DNA of 64,000 nucleotides from Planctomycetota bacterium (lineage in GTDB: Bacteria; Planctomycetota; UBA1135; UBA2386): assembly GCA_965228735.1 (NCBI GenBank), contig OZ245838.1, positions 1,952,001 to 2,016,000 on the forward strand. Reading direction: 5' to 3'. Both the position numbers and the translations under genes were made by a program. The notes below the pieces were generated by a model. That model saw only the letters and a program-made list of their open reading frames with translations, was not told the origin of the DNA and did no database searches. Below, one piece after another: positions 58,346 to 64,000 of the stretch. Numbering within the stretch: the stretch's first letter is position 1; every line of letters begins with the position of its first letter.

Positions 58346-59497
58346 ATGCGCGACTCGTACCTCGTCTTCGGCCAGCCGCTCATCGAGCAGTCCGAGATCG
58401 ACGAGGTAGTCGACAGCCTGCGCAGTTCGTGGCTCGGCACGGGCCCGAAGGTCGCCGAGTTCGAGCGGCGCGTCGCGGCCTACAAGCTCGTCGAGAACGC
58501 CGTCGCGGTCAACTCGTGCACCGCGGGGCTGCACCTCGCGTGCCTCGTCCTCGGCCTGAAGCCCGGCGACGAGGTGATCACGACACCGCTGACCTTCTGC
58601 GCCTCGGTCAACGCGATCGTCCACGCCGGCGCCGTGCCGGTGCTCGCCGACGTGGATCCCGTCACGATGAACCTCGACCCCGAGGACGTCAGGCGGCGGA
58701 TCACGCAACGAACGCGCGGGATTCTGCCCGTCCACTTCGCGGGGCGCGCCTGTGACATGGACGCGCTCATGGCGATCGCCCGCGAGCACGACCTCGTGGT
58801 CATCGAGGACTGTGCCCACGCGATCGAGACGACCTATCGCGGGCGGCCGGCCGGCACGCTCGGCGATCTGGGTGTGTTGAGCTTCTACTCGACGAAGAAC
58901 GTCGTCACGGGCGAGGGTGGCATGGTGCTCACGCGCGACGCCGCGCTGGCCCGCCGCGTCAAGGTCGCGGCGCTGCACGGCATGTCGGCCGACGCGTGGA
59001 AGCGCTTCTCCGACGACGGCTACGTGCACTACGACGTCGAAGAGATCGGCTTCAAGTACAACATGATGGACCTGCAGGCCGCGATCGGCATGCACCAGAT
59101 CCAGCGGGTCGAGGCGTGGTGGCAACGGCGCCAGGCGATCTGGCAGCGCTATCTCGCGGAACTGGCCGACCTGCCGCTCACGCTGCCCGCACCCTGGCCG
59201 GACACCGACCGGCATGCCCTGCACCTGTTCACCGTGCTCGTCGACGCTGCTGTGGCTGGCATCGACCGCGACGAGTTCCTCGTCCGGCTGCACCGCCAGA
59301 ACATCGGCACGGGCGTGCACTATCGGGCGATCCCGAGCCTGAAGGTCTATCGCGAGCGCTTCGGATTCCGCCCAGCGGAATACCCGAACGCCCAGGGGAT
59401 CGGCGAACGCACGGTCTCGCTGCCGTTGTCTCCGAAGCTCACCGACGCCGACGTCGGCGACGTGATCGCGGCAGTGCGCAGCGCGCTGCCCTCCTGA
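58346..59497 (+). CDS. DegT/DnrJ/EryC1/StrS nucleotide-sugar aminotransferase
   Basis: GPKV.EFE, NSCTAGLH, PVHFAG, IEDCAHA, SFYSTKN...GEGG and GFKYNM motifs. Confidence 0.95.
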   Translation: MRDSYLVFGQPLIEQSEIDEVVDSLRSSWLGTGPKVAEFERRVAAYKLVENAVAVNSCTAGLHLACLVLGLKPGDEVITTPLTFCASVNAIVHAGAVPVLADVDPVTMNLDPEDVRRRITQRTRGILPVHFAGRACDMDALMAIAREHDLVVIEDCAHAIETTYRGRPAGTLGDLGVLSFYSTKNVVTGEGGMVLTRDAALARRVKVAALHGMSADAWKRFSDDGYVHYDVEEIGFKYNMMDLQAAIGMHQIQRVEAWWQRRQAIWQRYLAELADLPLTLPAPWPDTDRHALHLFTVLVDAAVAGIDRDEFLVRLHRQNIGTGVHYRAIPSLKVYRERFGFRPAEYPNAQGIGERTVSLPLSPKLTDADVGDVIAAVRSALPS

Positions 59498-59504
59498 CGG
59501 CGAC

Positions 59505-60800
59505 TCAACGCGCCGGCAGCCAGCGCAGCTCGGGATCGTCGAGCGCCGCCTCGGGCACCGGATCGCGCCGCCCGGCGAACCGGCCCGCGACCCGGCAGAA
59601 GCGCACCTCACCGGTCTCGTCGACGGCGAACACGAACTGCGGCACCGTTGGTTCACCGGCGTGCAGGGGCCACGCGTACGCTCGGTAGCGTTGCTCGCGA
59701 ACGTCGGCGATCTCGCCCAGATGCACTTCGAACAGGTAGTCCTGAAACAGGTACACCCCACCGACGAGCGCGCGGCACCGCCCCATCTCGGCCTTCGGCA
59801 CGACGTCGCTCGGCAACCCGAACTCACCCCGACCATCACCATCCTGATCGATGGCGACCCGATCACGCGCCGCGAGCTGATGATCGGCGAAGCGCCGCAA
59901 CGCCTCGGCCACCCATTCGAGCCGCGCGATCTCGCGATCGGCGCGGAACGGTCCGTCCCGCACGACGACCACGAGCTCCCCACGACTCATGCGGACGTCG
60001 CCGGGCAGGAGCAGGGCGATCTGGTTGCCGCGGCGAACCCGCACGGCGAGCCCTTGCGCCGGCACTCCGACGCCCTCCCCCACACCGAGACCGGGCGCTT
60101 CCTCGCGGACGGTAACGGTGCCCGCGATCGCGCCATCGCCCGCCACCGGCGTCCACCCCGGACTCCAGCGAAAGCGCGGCACGCCGACCTCGACCCGCAA
60201 ACCCGCGACCGGTCGGGCGTCGGTTCGCAGCACGCGCACGCGCAGCTTCTGGCCGACGTCGCCCTCGAGCCGTTCGATCCGGCGCCATTCCGTGCCGTCG
60301 AGCGCCGTACCGCTCTGCAGGATCATGTTGTTGAGATGCTCGTCGATGCCCGCCGCAACGACGCTGCGCATCGTCGGCTCCCAGTCCGCTGCCCGGCCTG
60401 CCGGAGGCTCACCGACGAAGACGTGACCGAGGCTGTTGCCCATCAGCAAGCGCCGCACGCGACCGTCGTCGCGGCCGGGAAAGAGAACGGCGAGCGACGT
60501 GTACTGCGAGTGAAAGCCATGCGTGCGCGCCATCCCCGGCGTGCCGGCCTCGTCGTAGCCGAAGAAGCGCGCGTCGTAGCCCCGCGGGGAGACCTCGCTC
60601 ACGGGCACGACCCGGGTCAGGCCGGCCTGCCAATCGCGCAGCGCCCGGAATGCCTCGACCTCGGTGGCCGCGAGTGCGGGGCTCTGCCCGCGCACGCCCG
60701 CCGTGACGGCGACCATCGTGGCCAGGCCGAGGAGACGGGAACCGACGCCCCGCCGCGCGTAGTCGGCAGCCTGGACGTCCGCTTCGGTTCGGGCGGGCAT
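59505..60800 (-). CDS. Hypothetical exported protein (C-terminus possibly DUF2950/pilin-like)
   Basis: Hydrophobic leader. C-terminal DQDGDGRGEFG...YAWP...FAVDETG. The start is uncertain. Confidence 0.45.
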   Translation of the reverse strand: MPARTEADVQAADYARRGVGSRLLGLATMVAVTAGVRGQSPALAATEVEAFRALRDWQAGLTRVVPVSEVSPRGYDARFFGYDEAGTPGMARTHGFHSQYTSLAVLFPGRDDGRVRRLLMGNSLGHVFVGEPPAGRAADWEPTMRSVVAAGIDEHLNNMILQSGTALDGTEWRRIERLEGDVGQKLRVRVLRTDARPVAGLRVEVGVPRFRWSPGWTPVAGDGAIAGTVTVREEAPGLGVGEGVGVPAQGLAVRVRRGNQIALLLPGDVRMSRGELVVVVRDGPFRADREIARLEWVAEALRRFADHQLAARDRVAIDQDGDGRGEFGLPSDVVPKAEMGRCRALVGGVYLFQDYLFEVHLGEIADVREQRYRAYAWPLHAGEPTVPQFVFAVDETGEVRFCRVAGRFAGRRDPVPEAALDDPELRWLPAR

Positions 60801-60863
60801 TGCCTCCCGACAACGGCCGCGGCCCGCGCCGAACTCCCGGCGAACCGGGCTACGGCACGGGCC

Positions 60864-62618
60864 CTACGGAACTGGGTTGCCGTTCAGCGTGAACGTCCCG
60901 CCGTCGTTGAACACGTCCGGGCCGATCGGCGCGTCGTTCGCGAGCACGAACGTGAACATGGCGTGCATCACGCCGGTCGCGGAGTTCCAGAGGCCGCCGC
61001 CCTCGTTCGAGGCGCTGTTGAGCAGGACCAGGCAGTCCCGCAACGCGACGTTGCCCGCGCCGGTCAGATGCAGTCCACCGCCGTTGCCCGGGGACGAGCC
61101 GGTCTCGTTGAACAGCAGGTAGGTGGTGATCAACGAGGTCGCCCCGACGTTCGCCTCGACGCCGCCGCCAGCGCGCTGCGACCAGTTGGCCAGCACCGTG
61201 CAACGCGACATCGTGAGGACGCCGTCGTCGTTGAGCACCGCACCGCCCGAGCCGGCCGCGCCATCCGCGACGTTGAACTGGATCAGGCAGTCGGCGACGT
61301 CCAGGTCGCCGCCCGCGTTGAACAGCGCACCGCCGCCCTGGTCGGCCGCGGCGCCGCTGGCACGGTTGCCTTCGAGCACGCAGTCGGTCACCGACATCGT
61401 GCCGTCACCGGAGTTCCACAGCCCGCCGCCCTCGGCCGCGGCGAAGTTCGCCGACACCGTGCAATCGAGCAGCTGGACGGCGCCGGCGCCGGTCAGATGC
61501 AACCCGCCGCCGTTGCCCGGGCTCGCGCCGGTGTCGTTCCAGATGATCTTGCTCGCCTCGATCGACGTCATGCCGCCCAAAGCTTCGACCCCGCCGCCGG
61601 CGCGGTTGCACGAGTTGGCCGTGATCTCGCAGTCGCGGACGACGAGGATGCCGTCGTTGTTGAACAGCCCGCCACCCGAACCCGCGCCGACGATCGCGGC
61701 GTTGCCTTCGATGAAGCTGCTCGTGACCGTCAGCTCACCCCCGTCGTTGAAGAGGCCGCCGCCGCCGTCGTCCGCGGCGCTGCCGTCGGCGGCGTTGTCG
61801 TAGATCCACGACCGATCGACGGTCATGACGCCACCACTCGAGTTCCACAGTGCGCCGCCTTCGCGGGCCGCGACGTTGCCGGCGAACTCACACTCGCTGA
61901 CGTGGACCATGCCGGCACCCGTGAGGTGGAACGCGCCGCCATTGCCCGGGGCAGCACCCGTGCGGTTGGCGTAGAACGAGCTCGCCACCAGCGCCGTGAT
62001 GCCGGCGTTGGCCTCGATCGCGCCACCGGCACGATCCGACCGGTTGCCGATCAGCTCGCAGTGCGTGATCACGAGGTCGCCGCCGGCGTTCATCACCGCA
62101 CCGCCCGACGCGCCGGCTCCGGTCGCCGCCGAGTTCGCGATCCGCACCTGGTCGAGCACGAGCCGCCCGGCGTTTCGCACCGCGCCGCCATTGCTGTCCA
62201 CGACCGCGCCGCTGAGCACCGTCAGGTCGGTGACGATGACGTTCGCGCCGGCCATGACGTCGATGGCACGATCGGCCCGGAGACCGTCGACGATCGCACC
62301 CCGCCCGACGATCCGGACGTGGCGCAGCACGTCGAGGTCGCCGGTCGCGGCGGCGTCTTCGCCTGCGCCGACGCGCGCCAGAGCGTAGTAGCGGCCCGGC
62401 TGCAACCGGATGGTCGCGCTGGCCAAACCGCCGGCGTTGACCTCCATGATCGCGGCCCGCAACGAGCACCGGCCGTTGGCGTCCGCGCAGATCCCGTCGC
62501 CGGGATTGGCGTCGGGGGTGTCCGCGGTCGTGTTGACGGCGAACGTCTGACCGGTGAGAGGCGAGAGCAGCACGGCGAGCAACGCCGCGTGAGACGAGAA
62601 TCGGGTTCTGGGGTTCAT
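60864..62618 (-). CDS. CSLREA-type secreted protein with Pmp-like GG(A/G)x/FxxN beta-helix repeats (adhesin-like)
   Basis: VNTTAD...GDGIC...CSLRAAI, GDLD, then about three internal repeats of RAGG..EA...PGNGG..HLTGAG...EGG.LWNS. Confidence 0.8.
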   Translation of the reverse strand: MNPRTRFSSHAALLAVLLSPLTGQTFAVNTTADTPDANPGDGICADANGRCSLRAAIMEVNAGGLASATIRLQPGRYYALARVGAGEDAAATGDLDVLRHVRIVGRGAIVDGLRADRAIDVMAGANVIVTDLTVLSGAVVDSNGGAVRNAGRLVLDQVRIANSAATGAGASGGAVMNAGGDLVITHCELIGNRSDRAGGAIEANAGITALVASSFYANRTGAAPGNGGAFHLTGAGMVHVSECEFAGNVAAREGGALWNSSGGVMTVDRSWIYDNAADGSAADDGGGGLFNDGGELTVTSSFIEGNAAIVGAGSGGGLFNNDGILVVRDCEITANSCNRAGGGVEALGGMTSIEASKIIWNDTGASPGNGGGLHLTGAGAVQLLDCTVSANFAAAEGGGLWNSGDGTMSVTDCVLEGNRASGAAADQGGGALFNAGGDLDVADCLIQFNVADGAAGSGGAVLNDDGVLTMSRCTVLANWSQRAGGGVEANVGATSLITTYLLFNETGSSPGNGGGLHLTGAGNVALRDCLVLLNSASNEGGGLWNSATGVMHAMFTFVLANDAPIGPDVFNDGGTFTLNGNPVP

Positions 62619-62767
62619 CGGGGCTCCGAGAGGGGAAGCGGAGCCCCGGTCGACCGGCACTCCGCGCTTCCCTCCGGGAGGTAGCCCACAGGACGCCGAT
62701 GTCATGGCGCCCCCCAAAAAACGACACGCAGAAACCGGCGACCCGTCCCGCGGAGCCGGCGCGACCG

Positions 62768-64000
62768 CTACCCGTCGTTGATGCGCTCGATGTCGGCGCC
62801 GATCGCGTGCAGCTTCTGCTCGATGCGTTCGTAGCCGCGGTCGATGTGATAGACGCGACGCACGTCCGTCGCGCCGGTCGCGCCGAGCCCGGCGATCACG
62901 AGGCTGGCCGACGCGCGCAGGTCGCTCGCCATGACCGGCGCACCGCGCAGGTCTTCGGTGCCCTCGACGATCGCGCTCGGGCCTTCGCGTCGGATGCGCG
63001 CGCCGAGCCGCGTCAGCTCGGACGCATGGATGAAGCGCTCGGGGTAGATCTTCTCCGTGATGACCGAGACGCCGCGAGCCCGCGCCATGAGCGCCATGAA
63101 TTGGGCCTGCAGGTCCGTCGGGAAGCCCGGGTAGGCCATCGTCGTGACGTCGACCGCCGACAGCTGGCCGGTCGCGGTCGGCACGTTGCGCACGAAGTCG
63201 GGACCGATCTCCACATCGGCGCCGGCCGCACGCAGCCGGTCGACCACCGCGAGCATGTGCATCGGATTGCAGTGCTTCACGGTGACGTCACTGTTCATCA
63301 TGATCGCGCCGCACAGGAACGTGCCGGCCTCGATCCGATCCGGAATCATCGACCACTCGCACCCCGTGAGCGTGTCGACCCCCTCGATCTCGAGCAGGTG
63401 ACTGCCGATGCCGCGAATGCGCGCGCCGCACGCATTGAGGAAGTTGCACAGGTCCTCGATCTCGGGCTCCATCGCCGCGGATTCGAGGTAGGTCGTGCCG
63501 CTCGCGAGCGTCGCCGCCATGACGACGTTGGCCGTGCCGAGCACCGTCGACCCCATGTTACCGCCGAGGAACACGACGCCGCCGCGCGGCCGGTTGCTCA
63601 GCGTGACGTAGCCGTCGGCGACATCGACGCTGGCGCCGATGTCGCGCAGGCCCTTGAGGTGCAGATCGACCGGCCGGTGACCGAACACGCAGCCGCCGGG
63701 ATAGCTCACCCGCGCGACGCCGCGCCGCGCCCACAGCGGACCGAGCACCACGAAGCTCGCGCGCATCGTGCGGACGAGGTCGTAGGGCGCGGTGTAGAGC
63801 GTCTTGTCCTTGGCTTCGACCTCGAGCGAGCCGTCGGGCCGCCAGCTGTGCACGACCCCGAGCTTGCCGAGGATGCGCAGCAGGTTCTTGATATCCGTCA
63901 GCTGCGGGATGTTGCGCAGGAGGATCGGACCGTCGACCAGCAGGGAGGCCGCGAGGATGGGGAGCGCGCCGTTCTTGCTGCCCGAGACGCCGATCGAGCC
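62768..64000 (-). CDS. murA: UDP-N-acetylglucosamine 1-carboxyvinyltransferase (5' end outside the window)
   Basis: SGSKNGALP at the window edge, MRAS, PGGC.FG.RPVD (Cys-type), PDRIEAGT, PGFPTDLQ, DLRA and IDRGY. Confidence 0.97.
   Translation of the reverse strand, partial: GSIGVSGSKNGALPILAASLLVDGPILLRNIPQLTDIKNLLRILGKLGVVHSWRPDGSLEVEAKDKTLYTAPYDLVRTMRASFVVLGPLWARRGVARVSYPGGCVFGHRPVDLHLKGLRDIGASVDVADGYVTLSNRPRGGVVFLGGNMGSTVLGTANVVMAATLASGTTYLESAAMEPEIEDLCNFLNACGARIRGIGSHLLEIEGVDTLTGCEWSMIPDRIEAGTFLCGAIMMNSDVTVKHCNPMHMLAVVDRLRAAGADVEIGPDFVRNVPTATGQLSAVDVTTMAYPGFPTDLQAQFMALMARARGVSVITEKIYPERFIHASELTRLGARIRREGPSAIVEGTEDLRGAPVMASDLRASASLVIAGLGATGATDVRRVYHIDRGYERIEQKLHAIGADIERINDG

Noticed and set aside
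58346..59497. DegT aminotransferase as the GnnB partner of the GnnA-like gene
   Set aside because: It is about 47 kb away in a separate glycosyltransferase operon, and family motifs alone cannot assign the substrate.
59661..62684. 1007-aa plus-strand ORF, and similar long ORFs such as 17629..19857, 36337..38604, 46525..48939 and 54918..57347
   Set aside because: These are shadow or alternate-frame ORFs over well-supported genes. They are Arg/Ala/Gly-rich, have no motifs, and are expected in high-GC DNA.

Overview
This is a very GC-rich (roughly 70% by eye) bacterial chromosomal segment. It is most likely from a Planctomycetota lineage, an inference from the ECF-sigma/Ser-Thr kinase pairs, the membrane-anchored ECF fusion and a family of secreted proteins with a shared C-terminal domain. 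Housekeeping content: smpB, tRNA-Leu(CAG), dusB, a LysM L,D-transpeptidase, a probable 6S RNA, skp-lpxC/fabZ-gnnA-like genes, acpS, upp, a complete his operon, trkH, pgi, a Na+/solute symporter and a partial murA. The most interesting points are: (1) a close bacterial homolog of plant UDP-arabinopyranose mutase/RGP (GT75) heading an operon with a three-domain glycosyltransferase and a sugar aminotransferase; (2) an apparently leaderless His-rich leader peptide, absent from the ORF track, with a full attenuator; (3) HisC-HAD and HisA-HisI-HisE fusions, the latter resembling fungal HIS4; (4) a 1.2 kb IS1-like element with self-palindromic ends that supplies the acpS stop codon; (5) a shared ~120 aa C-terminal domain on three unrelated secreted proteins; (6) a recurrent TANNNT-N6/7-start leaderless signature; (7) short tandem duplications of gene 3' ends that include the stop codon; (8) a deletion junction fusing a DUF2256/DUF3253 gene to a 5'-truncated folE. 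No CRISPR array, rRNA or prophage was seen. All family calls come from motif recognition by eye, not from database searches.
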